Sequence record: PQ471460.1
Reading direction: 5' to 3' (one strand)
DNA from: Escherichia phage vB_EcoM_JE01
DNA length: 64,000 nt
This document shows positions 1-8,684 of the stretch, one piece after another. The notes beneath the pieces were generated by a model. It was not told the origin of the DNA. It worked only from the letters and a program-made list of their open reading frames with translations, and ran no database searches. Each line of letters begins with the position of its first letter. The stretch's first letter is position 1. A program made the translations under genes and the position numbers.

Positions 1-1149
1 GTTAAGTTTAATGATGATTTCTTAAACGAATTATCGAATTACACTGAATCTGTTCTTAATAGTCTGATCGAAGAATGTGAAAAAGCAGCTACACTTGCTA
101 ACACAAATCAGCTGAACCGTAAAATTCTTATTAACAGTCTTTATGGTGCTCTTGGTAACATTCATTTCCGCTATTATGATTTGCGAAATGCTACTGCTAT
201 CACAATTTTTGGTCAAGTTGGTATTCAGTGGATTGCTCGTAAAATTAATGAATACCTGAATAAGGTGTGTGGAACTGATGGTGAAGATTTCATCGCAGCA
301 GGTGATACTGATTCGGTATATGTCTGCGTAGATAAAGTTATTGAAAAAGTAGGTCTTGACCGCTTTAAAGAACAAAATGATTTAGTTGAATTCATGAATC
401 AGTTCGGTAAGAAAAAGATGGAACCTATGATTGATGCTGCATATCGTGAGTTATGTGATTATATGAATAACCGCGAGCATCTGATGCATATGGACCGTGA
501 AGCTATTTCTTGCCCTCCACTTGGTTCAAAGGGTGTCGGTGGATTTTGGAAAGCGAAAAAACGTTATGCTCTGAACGTTTATGATATGGAAGATAAGCGA
601 TTTGCTGAACCGCATCTAAAAATCATGGGTATGGAAACTCAGCAGAGTTCAACACCAAAAGCAGTACAAGAAGCTCTCGAAGAAAGTATTCGTCGTATTC
701 TTCAGGAAGGCGAAGAGTCTGTCCAAGAATACTACAAGAACTTTGAGAAAGAATATCGTCAACTTGATTATAAAGTTATTGCTGAAGTAAAAACCGCGAA
801 CGATATAGCGAAATATGATGATAAAGGTTGGCCAGGGTTTAAATGCCCGTTCCATATTCGTGGTGTACTAACTTATCGTCGAGCTGTTAGTGGTTTAGGT
901 GTAGCTCCAATTTTGGATGGAAATAAGGTAATGGTTCTTCCATTACGTGAGGGAAATCCATTTGGTGACAAGTGTATTGCTTGGCCGTCGGGCACAGAAC
1001 TTCCAAAAGAAATTCGTTCTGATGTACTGTCTTGGATTGACTACTCAACTTTGTTCCAAAAATCGTTTGTTAAACCGCTTGCGGGCATGTGTGAATCGGC
1101 AGGTATGGACTATGAGGAAAAAGCTTCGTTAGACTTCCTGTTTGGCTGA
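1..1149 (+). CDS. 43: DNA polymerase gp43, C-terminal part (5' end lies outside the window)
   Basis: Open frame from base 1; contains the family-B polymerase motif KILINSLYGALGN; position upstream of imm/42 matches T-even synteny. Confidence 0.9.
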   Translation, partial: VKFNDDFLNELSNYTESVLNSLIEECEKAATLANTNQLNRKILINSLYGALGNIHFRYYDLRNATAITIFGQVGIQWIARKINEYLNKVCGTDGEDFIAAGDTDSVYVCVDKVIEKVGLDRFKEQNDLVEFMNQFGKKKMEPMIDAAYRELCDYMNNREHLMHMDREAISCPPLGSKGVGGFWKAKKRYALNVYDMEDKRFAEPHLKIMGMETQQSSTPKAVQEALEESIRRILQEGEESVQEYYKNFEKEYRQLDYKVIAEVKTANDIAKYDDKGWPGFKCPFHIRGVLTYRRAVSGLGVAPILDGNKVMVLPLREGNPFGDKCIAWPSGTELPKEIRSDVLSWIDYSTLFQKSFVKPLAGMCESAGMDYEEKASLDFLFG

Positions 1150-1162
1150 TAGAATAAATCTA

Positions 1163-1183
1163 GGGACCTCCGGGTCCCTTTTT
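1163..1183 (+). terminator. Intrinsic terminator-like hairpin after gene 43
   Basis: GGGACC-TCCG-GGTCCC stem-loop followed by TTTTT. Confidence 0.6.
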
Positions 1184-1266
1184 CATACAAGTAATATAAA
1201 TCTATACTTAGGAAAAATAGATGATTCTGGACCTCTGGAATTCATTAAAAAATTTTTCACAAAACT

Positions 1267-1296
1267 GTTTACATCCCAGTTCCTTTGTGGTACTAT
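1267..1296 (+). promoter_or_regulatory. T4-type early promoter
   Basis: GTTTAC 1267-1272, 18-bp spacer, TGgTACTAT at 1288-1296; same ~55-bp element recurs at 28235, 31878, 48514. Confidence 0.6.
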
Positions 1297-1330
1297 ACAA
1301 CTATCAACTGATGCGGATTTGGAGAATGAA

Positions 1331-1711
1331 ATGAAAATCGCTATTTTGGTTATTGCATTGGGTCTTACTGGTTGTGTAGCTCAAGGACCAGTAGTAAATC
1401 AGTCTGATGTAGGAAAAATTGTAAACTGTTCAAGCAAATTTTATAATCCTAACGTCAAGTGTTATAAAGAGGCTCCAAAACAGACAGTAGAACAAATGCA
1501 GGCGAATTTTGACGAAGCTATTCGTCCAGATGAATCTGCACAAGCATATCGTAATTCAGATGTGATTACGCGTGAAGAAAAAATTGAAAACTACTGTGCT
1601 GAACTTTGGGCAAATTGGGCTAATAATTACCAATGGCGTACTGGTAAAAATGCTCCGATGGAGTATGTAGTAAATTCTTATAATTCATGTGTAAAAAATT
1701 TGACTAAGTGA
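1331..1711 (+). CDS. Hypothetical lipoprotein (126 aa)
   Basis: ATG at 1331 with GGAG RBS; N-terminus MKIAILVIALGLTGC is a signal peptide with lipobox cysteine; larger ORF 1142..1711 starts upstream of the promoter. Confidence 0.5.
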   Translation: MKIAILVIALGLTGCVAQGPVVNQSDVGKIVNCSSKFYNPNVKCYKEAPKQTVEQMQANFDEAIRPDESAQAYRNSDVITREEKIENYCAELWANWANNYQWRTGKNAPMEYVVNSYNSCVKNLTK

Positions 1712-1718
1712 GGAAAAC

Positions 1719-1970
1719 ATGGAAACTTTAGTAGCAGGTTCAATTTTTATGGTTTTAGTTTCAGGCGTGTTGGCTATTATTATATACATGCTTCCGTGGT
1801 TCATCGCCTTGATGCGTGGGTCAAAATCGACAGTAGGAATCTTTTTCACGTCTTTACTGTTTAACTGGTCAATTATTGGTTGGTTTATTACCTTTATTTG
1901 GTCAATTGCGGGTGAAACTAAAAAATCTGTACAGCAAAATCAAGTAATTATCATCAGAGAGAAGGAATGA
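1719..1970 (+). CDS. imm: Imm superinfection-immunity membrane protein (83 aa)
   Basis: 83-aa hydrophobic protein between 43 and 42, matching T4 Imm length and position. Confidence 0.8.
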   Translation: METLVAGSIFMVLVSGVLAIIIYMLPWFIALMRGSKSTVGIFFTSLLFNWSIIGWFITFIWSIAGETKKSVQQNQVIIIREKE

Positions 1971-2116
1971 AAAGCAAAATTTTAGCAGTATTGCTTTTAA
2001 TCTTGATGATTATAATAAGTATATACTATAGCGTAACAGTTCCTTGTATGATTCCAACGCTTATTATAGGGTGGAGTTTATTACTGTTACAAGTTAAATA
2101 TGAATGCATCAATTGA
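1967..2116 (+). CDS. Small hydrophobic protein (49 aa)
   Basis: ATGA overlap with imm stop; MKSKILAVLLLILMIIISIYY... single predicted TM segment; below ORF-track size cutoff. Confidence 0.4.
   Translation: MKSKILAVLLLILMIIISIYYSVTVPCMIPTLIIGWSLLLLQVKYECIN
1989..2016 (+). promoter_or_regulatory. MotA-dependent middle promoter candidate upstream of gene 42
   Basis: MotA-box-like TGCTT at 1992-1996, 14 nt gap, TATAAT at 2011-2016. Confidence 0.4.
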
Positions 2117-2123
2117 GGTTTAA

Positions 2124-2864
2124 ATGATTAACGATTATATGACAGTTGAAGAAATCCGTCTTGATTTGGGTCTTGCATTAAAGGAAAAAGATTTCGTAAT
2201 TGATAAAACCGGTGTTAAAACTATTGAAATTATTGGTGCATCATTTGTAGCAGATGAACCTTTTATTTTTGGCGCTCTTAATGATGAATACATTCAGCGT
2301 GAACTTGAATGGTATAAGTCTCAAAGTTTGTTTGTTAAAGATATTCCAGGTGAAACACCAAAGATTTGGCAGCAGGTAGCATCTTCTAAAGGCGAAATTA
2401 ACTCGAATTATGGTTGGGCCATCTGGTCAGAAGATAACTATGCCCAGTATGATATGTGTTTAGCTGAACTTGGTCAAAATCCTGATTCTCGACGCGGTAT
2501 CATGATTTATACTCGTCCATCCATGCAGTTTGACTACAATAAAGATGGTATGTCAGATTTCATGTGTACGAATACAGTACAGTATCTGATTCGTGATAAG
2601 AAAGTCAATGCAGTAGTAAGCATGCGTTCAAATGACGTGGTCTTCGGATTCCGTAATGATTATGCATGGCAAAAATACGTACTAGATAAATTAGTATCTG
2701 ATTTGAATGCAGGTGATTCAACTCGTCAGTATAAAGCAGGTTCTATTATATGGAATGTCGGAAGTCTTCATGTGTATTCCCGTCATTTTTATTTGGTTGA
2801 CCATTGGTGGAAAACTGGCGAAACTCATATTGCGAAAAAAGATTATAACGGTGAGTGGAAATGA
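2124..2864 (+). CDS. 42: dCMP hydroxymethylase gp42 (246 aa)
   Basis: Thymidylate-synthase-like protein of exactly 246 aa between imm and uvsX. Confidence 0.9.
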   Translation: MINDYMTVEEIRLDLGLALKEKDFVIDKTGVKTIEIIGASFVADEPFIFGALNDEYIQRELEWYKSQSLFVKDIPGETPKIWQQVASSKGEINSNYGWAIWSEDNYAQYDMCLAELGQNPDSRRGIMIYTRPSMQFDYNKDGMSDFMCTNTVQYLIRDKKVNAVVSMRSNDVVFGFRNDYAWQKYVLDKLVSDLNAGDSTRQYKAGSIIWNVGSLHVYSRHFYLVDHWWKTGETHIAKKDYNGEWK

Positions 2865-3703
2865 TTCAATTCGTAATTCCAAGTTATCAACGCGTAGGGG
2901 CAGTTTCTGCCCTTAATATGTTTCCATCTGATTATGAACCTCATATTGTAGTACGTAAACACGAAGAAAAAGCTTATTATGATGCTTATGGGTCTAGAGC
3001 TAAAATTATAACTATTCCTGATGATGTTAATGGAATTGCTGGTACTCGTAAAGCAATTACTGATATGTATGCAGGCCAACGAATCTGGATGATTGATGAT
3101 GATACTACTATTCGTATGAGTTCAATGCGAAAGAAAGATGATCGTCGTTGCGTAGATAAAATTAATCAATTAACTCGTGAACAGTTCTATGAATTGATTC
3201 AATACGTTGAAGATGCCATGGATTGTGGGTATTATCACGGTCATGCTCGTCTACCTATTTTTAAAATTACTTCATCTTGGGGTAATTATCGTGAAAATTC
3301 ATATGGATTCACGAATACCTGGTATGACCTTGGAAAACTTACAACAGAACAAATTGGGTATGGAAAAATTGATTTATGCGAAGATATGTATGCATTTCTC
3401 AATTTAATTAATCAAGGTTATCCGCATTTGGCCTTGTTCAAATATCTGGTTGTATCTGGAAAAGCACAAGCTCCTGGCGGATGTAGTTCAATTCGTAGTA
3501 ATTCAAAACATAATAGAGCGCTTGAGCAAATCAATAGAGAGTTTCCAGAGCAAGCTCGTTGGAAAACTTCTAATATTGAAAAACGAAAATCATTAGGTGA
3601 AGAAGACGAGCCATTAAAGGTTCTTCGCATGTGTGTTTCGCGCAAAGAAAAATCAGAAGCATTTCATAAGTTTAATGCTATTCATCCAATAGCAGTTGAT
3701 TAA
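2861..3703 (+). CDS. Glycosyltransferase, GT-A-like with DxD motif (280 aa); probable hydroxymethylcytosine sugar transferase
   Basis: ATG overlaps gene 42 stop (ATGA); N-terminal VIPSYQR and IWMIDDDTTI (DxD) motifs; occupies the slot between 42 and uvsX where T4 has beta-gt, but is not T4 beta-gt. Confidence 0.6.
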   Translation: MIQFVIPSYQRVGAVSALNMFPSDYEPHIVVRKHEEKAYYDAYGSRAKIITIPDDVNGIAGTRKAITDMYAGQRIWMIDDDTTIRMSSMRKKDDRRCVDKINQLTREQFYELIQYVEDAMDCGYYHGHARLPIFKITSSWGNYRENSYGFTNTWYDLGKLTTEQIGYGKIDLCEDMYAFLNLINQGYPHLALFKYLVVSGKAQAPGGCSSIRSNSKHNRALEQINREFPEQARWKTSNIEKRKSLGEEDEPLKVLRMCVSRKEKSEAFHKFNAIHPIAVD

Positions 3704-3727
3704 TGCCTAAATTTATTGTGTTATAAT
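3704..3727 (+). promoter_or_regulatory. Middle-promoter-like element upstream of uvsX
   Basis: TGCCT (one mismatch to MotA box TGCTT) at 3704-3708, 13 nt gap, TATAAT 3722-3727. Confidence 0.3.
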
Positions 3728-3780
3728 TACCCTATCTTTAACCAGTGAGGAAAATATAATGATGCCTATGGAAAAAATGA

Positions 3781-4962
3781 ATGTCTATTGCAGATTTAAA
3801 ATCCCGTTTGATTAAAGCTTCCACTTCTAAAATGACTGCTGAACTGACTACATCTAAATTCTTTAATGAAAAGGATGTAATTCGTACAAAAATCCCAATG
3901 CTTAATATTGCTATTTCCGGTGCGATTGATGGCGGTATGCAGTCTGGTTTAACCATTTTTGCAGGTCCTTCTAAACACTTTAAATCAAATATGTCTTTGA
4001 CTATGGTTGCGGCGTATTTGAACAAATATCCTGACGCGGTTTGTCTATTTTATGATAGCGAATTTGGTATTACTCCAGCTTATTTGCGATCCATGGGAGT
4101 TGACCCGGAACGAGTAATTCATACACCAATTCAGTCAGTTGAACAGCTGAAAATTGATATGGTGAATCAGCTTGAAGCTATTGAGCGCGGTGAAAAAGTT
4201 ATTGTATTCATCGACTCAATCGGTAATATGGCTTCTAAGAAAGAAACGGAAGATGCCTTGAATGAAAAATCTGTGGCAGATATGACTCGTGCTAAATCAC
4301 TGAAGTCATTATTCCGTATTGTTACTCCTTATTTTAGCATTAAAAATATTCCATGTGTTGCGGTTAACCATACAATTGAAACAATTGAAATGTTTAGTAA
4401 AACCGTGATGACAGGTGGTACAGGCGTAATGTATTCGGCTGATACTGTATTCATTATCGGTAAGCGCCAGATTAAAGATGGTTCCGATCTTCAGGGATAT
4501 CAATTTGTTCTAAATGTAGAAAAATCTCGTACCGTCAAAGAAAAAAGTAAATTCTTTATTGATGTTAAATTTGACGGCGGCATCGATCCTTATTCTGGAT
4601 TGTTAGATATGGCTCTTGAATTAGGGTTTGTAGTAAAACCTAAAAATGGTTGGTATGCTCGTGAATTTCTTGACGAAGAAACTGGCGAGATGATTCGCGA
4701 AGAAAAATCTTGGCGTGCAAAAGATACCAATTGCACTACATTCTGGGGTCCTTTATTTAAGCATCAACCATTCCGAGATGCTATTAAACGTGCTTATCAG
4801 TTAGGTGCTATTGATAGTAATGAAATTGTTGAAGCTGAAGTCGACGAATTGATTAACTCAAAGGTTGAAAAATTTAAATCTCCAGAAAGTAAAAGTAAAT
4901 CAGCAGCTGATTTAGAAACTGACCTAGAACAGTTAAGTGATATGGAAGAATTTAATGAATAA
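3781..4962 (+). CDS. uvsX: UvsX recombinase (RecA-like), 393 aa
   Basis: Near-identical over most of its length to T4 UvsX as I recall it; Walker A GPSKHFKS. Confidence 0.95.
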   Translation: MSIADLKSRLIKASTSKMTAELTTSKFFNEKDVIRTKIPMLNIAISGAIDGGMQSGLTIFAGPSKHFKSNMSLTMVAAYLNKYPDAVCLFYDSEFGITPAYLRSMGVDPERVIHTPIQSVEQLKIDMVNQLEAIERGEKVIVFIDSIGNMASKKETEDALNEKSVADMTRAKSLKSLFRIVTPYFSIKNIPCVAVNHTIETIEMFSKTVMTGGTGVMYSADTVFIIGKRQIKDGSDLQGYQFVLNVEKSRTVKEKSKFFIDVKFDGGIDPYSGLLDMALELGFVVKPKNGWYAREFLDEETGEMIREEKSWRAKDTNCTTFWGPLFKHQPFRDAIKRAYQLGAIDSNEIVEAEVDELINSKVEKFKSPESKSKSAADLETDLEQLSDMEEFNE

Positions 4963-5299
4963 AGATGATTTAGATTTAGATCTAGAAATTATCGACGAAT
5001 CCCCCTCTTCGGAGGGGGAAGAAGAAAGAAAAGAACGCCTTTTTAATGAATCTCTTAAGATAATTAAATCTGCCATGGAAAATGTTATCCAGGAGATTGT
5101 CATTAAACTAGAAGACGGTTCTACACACATTGTGTATGTGACAAAATTAGATTGGGTTGATGGAAAAGTCGTAATGGACTTTGCTGTTCTTGACCAAGAA
5201 AGAAAAGCTGAGTTAGCTCCTCATGTAGAAAAATGTATTACAATGCAACTACAAGATGCATTTAATAAAAGGTCAAAGAAAAAATTTAAATTCTTTTAA
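4955..5299 (+). CDS. 40: gp40-position protein (head assembly), 114 aa
   Basis: ATG at 4955 overlapping uvsX stop; located between uvsX and 41 as in T4; acidic N-terminus. Confidence 0.5.
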   Translation: MNKDDLDLDLEIIDESPSSEGEEERKERLFNESLKIIKSAMENVIQEIVIKLEDGSTHIVYVTKLDWVDGKVVMDFAVLDQERKAELAPHVEKCITMQLQDAFNKRSKKKFKFF

Positions 5300-5308
5300 G
5301 GAGTAAGT

Positions 5309-6736
5309 GTGGTAGAAATTATTCTTTCTCATCTTATATTTGATCAAGCTTATTTTTCAAAAGTTTGGCCATATATGGATTCAGAATATTTTGAAAGTGG
5401 TCCAGCTAAAAATACATTCAAATTAATTAAATCTCATGTTAATGAGTACCATAGCGTTCCATCTATTAATGCGTTAAATGTTGCATTAGAAAATAGTTCA
5501 TTTACTGAAACAGAATATTCTGGTGTAAAAACACTTATTTCAAAACTAGCTGATTCTCCAGAAGACCACAGCTGGTTAGTAAAAGAAACAGAAAAATATG
5601 TTCAGCAAAGGGCGATGTTTAACGCCACATCTAAAATAATTGAAATTCAAACCAATGCTGAGCTTCCTCCAGAAAAACGAAATAAGAAAATGCCGGATGT
5701 AGGTGCTATTCCTGACATTATGCGCCAAGCATTATCAATTTCATTTGATAGCTACGTTGGCCATGATTGGATGGATGACTATGAAGCACGTTGGCTATCT
5801 TATATGAATAAAGCTCGTAAGGTTCCATTTAAACTCAAAATTCTAAATAAAATTACTAAAGGCGGAGCTGAAACTGGAACACTGAATGTTTTAATGGCTG
5901 GTGTTAACGTCGGTAAGTCATTAGGTCTGTGTTCATTGGCAGCAGATTATTTGCAGCTCGGACATAATGTTCTTTACATTTCAATGGAAATGGCAGAAGA
6001 AGTCTGTGCTAAGCGTATTGACGCTAATATGCTCGATGTTTCTCTTGATGACATTGATGATGGGCATATTTCTTACGCTGAGTATAAAGGAAAAATGGAA
6101 AAATGGCGTGAGAAATCTACTCTTGGACGTTTAATCGTTAAACAGTATCCTACTGGTGGAGCAGACGCTAATACATTTCGTTCTCTTTTGAACGAATTGA
6201 AGCTCAAGAAGAATTTTGTTCCAACAATCATTATTGTTGACTATCTAGGTATTTGTAAATCTTGTCGCATCAGAGTTTATTCAGAAAATAGTTACACAAC
6301 TGTTAAAGCTATCGCAGAGGAATTGCGTGCTCTGGCTGTTGAAACCGAAACTGTTCTTTGGACTGCAGCACAGGTTGGTAAACAAGCTTGGGATTCTTCT
6401 GATGTTAACATGAGCGATATTGCAGAATCCGCCGGTCTTCCAGCAACAGCTGATTTTATGCTTGCGGTCATTGAAACCGAGGAGTTAGCAGCGGCTGAAC
6501 AACAACTCATTAAGCAAATCAAATCACGATATGGTGATAAGAATAAATGGAATAAGTTTTTGATGGGTGTTCAAAAAGGAAATCAGAAATGGGTAGAAAT
6601 TGAACAAGATTCTACTCCAACTGAAGTGAACGAAGTAGCAGGTTCACAGCAGATTCAGGCTGAACAGAACCGCTATCAAAGAAATGAATCGGCTCGAGCT
6701 CAGTTAGATGCTTTAGCAAACGAATTAAAATTTTAG
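5309..6736 (+). CDS. 41: Replicative DNA helicase gp41 (DnaB family), 475 aa
   Basis: 475 aa, Walker A GVNVGKS, RecA-like C-terminal domain; synteny. Confidence 0.9.
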   Translation: MVEIILSHLIFDQAYFSKVWPYMDSEYFESGPAKNTFKLIKSHVNEYHSVPSINALNVALENSSFTETEYSGVKTLISKLADSPEDHSWLVKETEKYVQQRAMFNATSKIIEIQTNAELPPEKRNKKMPDVGAIPDIMRQALSISFDSYVGHDWMDDYEARWLSYMNKARKVPFKLKILNKITKGGAETGTLNVLMAGVNVGKSLGLCSLAADYLQLGHNVLYISMEMAEEVCAKRIDANMLDVSLDDIDDGHISYAEYKGKMEKWREKSTLGRLIVKQYPTGGADANTFRSLLNELKLKKNFVPTIIIVDYLGICKSCRIRVYSENSYTTVKAIAEELRALAVETETVLWTAAQVGKQAWDSSDVNMSDIAESAGLPATADFMLAVIETEELAAAEQQLIKQIKSRYGDKNKWNKFLMGVQKGNQKWVEIEQDSTPTEVNEVAGSQQIQAEQNRYQRNESARAQLDALANELKF

Positions 6737-6765
6737 TTTACAAGCTGACAAGACTATGGTATAGT
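6736..6765 (+). promoter_or_regulatory. T4-type early promoter (IR-flanked -10)
   Basis: GTTTAC 6736-6741, 18-bp spacer, TATAGT 6760-6765; 9-bp inverted repeat ACAAGACTA/TAGTCTTGT at 6748-6756 and 6765-6773. Confidence 0.6.
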
Positions 6766-6794
6766 AGTCTTGTTGGTTAAATGAGGAGATTGTT

Positions 6795-6977
6795 ATGGAA
6801 TTGGTAAAGGTAGTTTTTATGGGGTGGTTTAAGAATGAAAGCATGTTTACTAAAGAAATCACAATGATGAAAGATGACGTTCAATGGGCTACTACTCAAT
6901 ATGCTGAAGTTAATAAAGCATTAGTTAAAGCTTTCATTGATGACAAGAAAGTATGCGAAGTGGATTGCCGAGGGTAA
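6795..6977 (+). CDS. dmd: Dmd antitoxin-like protein (60 aa)
   Basis: 60-aa ORF immediately downstream of gene 41, matching T4 Dmd (61.5) length and position. Confidence 0.7.
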   Translation: MELVKVVFMGWFKNESMFTKEITMMKDDVQWATTQYAEVNKALVKAFIDDKKVCEVDCRG

Positions 6978-6978
6978 T

Positions 6979-7221
6979 ATGCATATCGTTTTATTTAAAC
7001 CTACTCCGTATAATGTCAGGAAAAATACTCAATTCAAGGCACTTATTGCGGATACGTGGGAATTGATGTTAGATATTCCAGCAGAAGAAAGTCCTCCATT
7101 TGGTCGAGTGGAATTTATTAAGTTTGCTGTGCGCCCTACGAAGCGACAGATTCGCCAATGCAAAAGATACTTTCGTAAAATCGTCAAGTTAGAGAAACAG
7201 TTATTGATGCTAGTAAAATAG
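6979..7221 (+). CDS. Hypothetical protein (80 aa; 61.4-position)
   Basis: ATG 6979 with GAGGG RBS; ORF-track frame 6937..7221. Confidence 0.4.
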   Translation: MHIVLFKPTPYNVRKNTQFKALIADTWELMLDIPAEESPPFGRVEFIKFAVRPTKRQIRQCKRYFRKIVKLEKQLLMLVK

Positions 7222-7223
7222 TA

Positions 7224-7253
7224 GTTTACAAGCTGATAGAGTTGTGTTATAGT
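7224..7253 (+). promoter_or_regulatory. T4-type early promoter (IR-flanked -10)
   Basis: GTTTAC 7224-7229, TATAGT 7248-7253; 10-bp inverted repeat AGCTGATAGA/TCTATCAGCT at 7231-7240 and 7257-7266. Confidence 0.6.
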
Positions 7254-7284
7254 AATTCTATCAGCTAATCGCGGAGAAAAGAAA

Positions 7285-7539
7285 ATGATGCTAGTTAATA
7301 GAGAATATCAGTTTAAATCAGAAGAAGATTTGGAAAAATTCGCAAGTGGTTGTGAACTGAATAGACGCACAGCTAAAGTCATAGGATTAAAACCCTTTAC
7401 AGTTCTAGATTGTGAAGTTTCTAAATTCCGCAGAGGGTGTTCTATTAGCGGTCATGCTCTGGTTGATGGAAACACATTTTTCTTTGTTTTTAGCGTCAGA
7501 GAACTTTTATTGATTAACGAACTTGAGGAAATAAAATAG
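7285..7539 (+). CDS. Hypothetical protein (84 aa)
   Basis: ORF downstream of early promoter. Confidence 0.4.
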   Translation: MMLVNREYQFKSEEDLEKFASGCELNRRTAKVIGLKPFTVLDCEVSKFRRGCSISGHALVDGNTFFFVFSVRELLLINELEEIK

Positions 7540-7569
7540 TTTACTTTTGTTAGAAATTGAGATACTATA
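7539..7569 (+). promoter_or_regulatory. T4-type early promoter
   Basis: GTTTAC 7539-7544, 19-bp spacer, TACTAT 7564-7569. Confidence 0.5.
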
Positions 7570-7596
7570 TAAACATAAACTACTGAGGAGATTATC

Positions 7597-7890
7597 ATGA
7601 AAAAATTTGTTTTTGCTGCAATTTTTGCTTTAGCTTCTTGTGCTGCTCAGCCTGCTATGGCAGGTTATGATAAAGATTTGTGCGAATGGTCTATGACTGC
7701 AGATCAGACTGAGGTTGAAACTCAGATTGAAGCAGATATTATGAATATCGTTGAGCGTGATCGCCCTGAAATGAAAGCTGAAGTACAAAAACAGCTTAAA
7801 TCTGGTGGTGTAATGCAGTATAATTATGTTCTGTATTGCGATAAAAACTTCAATAATAAAAATATCATCGCTGAAGTGGTAGGTGAATAA
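7597..7890 (+). CDS. sp: Spackle (Sp) periplasmic protein, 97 aa
   Basis: 97 aa with cleavable signal peptide MKKFVFAAIFALASCAAQPAMA; position in the 61.x cluster as T4 sp. Confidence 0.7.
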   Translation: MKKFVFAAIFALASCAAQPAMAGYDKDLCEWSMTADQTEVETQIEADIMNIVERDRPEMKAEVQKQLKSGGVMQYNYVLYCDKNFNNKNIIAEVVGE

Positions 7891-8516
7891 TGCTTTATCA
7901 AATGCACAAGTGCAAAGACACGTACAAATATAAAGGTGCCCAGTGTTATATCATTAATCGTGAAAACGCAGGTCCAGGTCATTCGCATCAATCGCGGTTT
8001 GTATTCGTTAAAAACAACGAAATTATAGCAGTTGCTAATTACATGCTTGCGACTAGTGATGTTAATCCGGTGCCTTTCACATATTATAATCTAATGGACT
8101 TGGCGTACGATTATAATTGGTTTAATCATGATAATTTGGCTCATATTGAAGGCGTAGGATTTGACATCTCTTATTCTAGTTACTCGTTGTGTCCTATGAG
8201 CCGAGCTCATAAAGAGCCTGAATATTTTTCATTTCGTCGGCGTGTAGACTTTGAACGCAGCACAGAGTATATCGGTGGAATCTTTGTTAAAGATAATCGA
8301 ATTACTCGCATTATTTATCCTTTGGGCTGTGGTCAAAAAGATATTGATGTTGATTTAGACTTTACTGAAAACATCATTAATCATATTGCTTCTGTGTATT
8401 TTGATATTGATCATAAAATTGTAATATGTGGATATGAATTACCATCAGAAAAACAGTCTAAAGTGAATGTTTCTATTGATGACCAAATTTTTAATGCTTT
8501 TATGAATAGAGGTTAA
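7890..8516 (+). CDS. Hypothetical protein (208 aa; 61.2-position)
   Basis: ORF, ATGA-type coupling to sp. Confidence 0.5.
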   Translation: MLYQMHKCKDTYKYKGAQCYIINRENAGPGHSHQSRFVFVKNNEIIAVANYMLATSDVNPVPFTYYNLMDLAYDYNWFNHDNLAHIEGVGFDISYSSYSLCPMSRAHKEPEYFSFRRRVDFERSTEYIGGIFVKDNRITRIIYPLGCGQKDIDVDLDFTENIINHIASVYFDIDHKIVICGYELPSEKQSKVNVSIDDQIFNAFMNRG

Positions 8517-8517
8517 T

Positions 8518-8682
8518 ATGAAAACGTTTAAAGAATTTATCAAAGAAGATATGGTCACTGGAGATTCAGGTGGTAATCCTGAAAATATCTCCACTGGAAC
8601 AACATCAGGTGCTGTAGTAAATAAAGGTCCTGAACAGATTCCTAAAAAGAAAAAAGAGGAATCTAAAGAAAAAGAAGAGTAA
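8518..8682 (+). CDS. Small hydrophilic protein (54 aa)
   Basis: ATG 8518, lysine/glutamate-rich C-terminus; below ORF-track cutoff. Confidence 0.35.
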   Translation: MKTFKEFIKEDMVTGDSGGNPENISTGTTSGAVVNKGPEQIPKKKKEESKEKEE

Positions 8683-8684
8683 AA

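Noticed and set aside
31-855. Minus-strand ORFs (114 aa, 68 aa) near the window start
   Set aside because: Antisense to the DNA polymerase coding region, hydrophobic low-complexity translation of AT-rich antisense sequence
8493-8519. MotA-box-like TGCTT plus TAATAT that could be a middle promoter upstream of gene 61
   Set aside because: The putative -10 overlaps the ATG of the 54-aa ORF at 8518, so a transcript would start inside the coding sequence; likely coincidental
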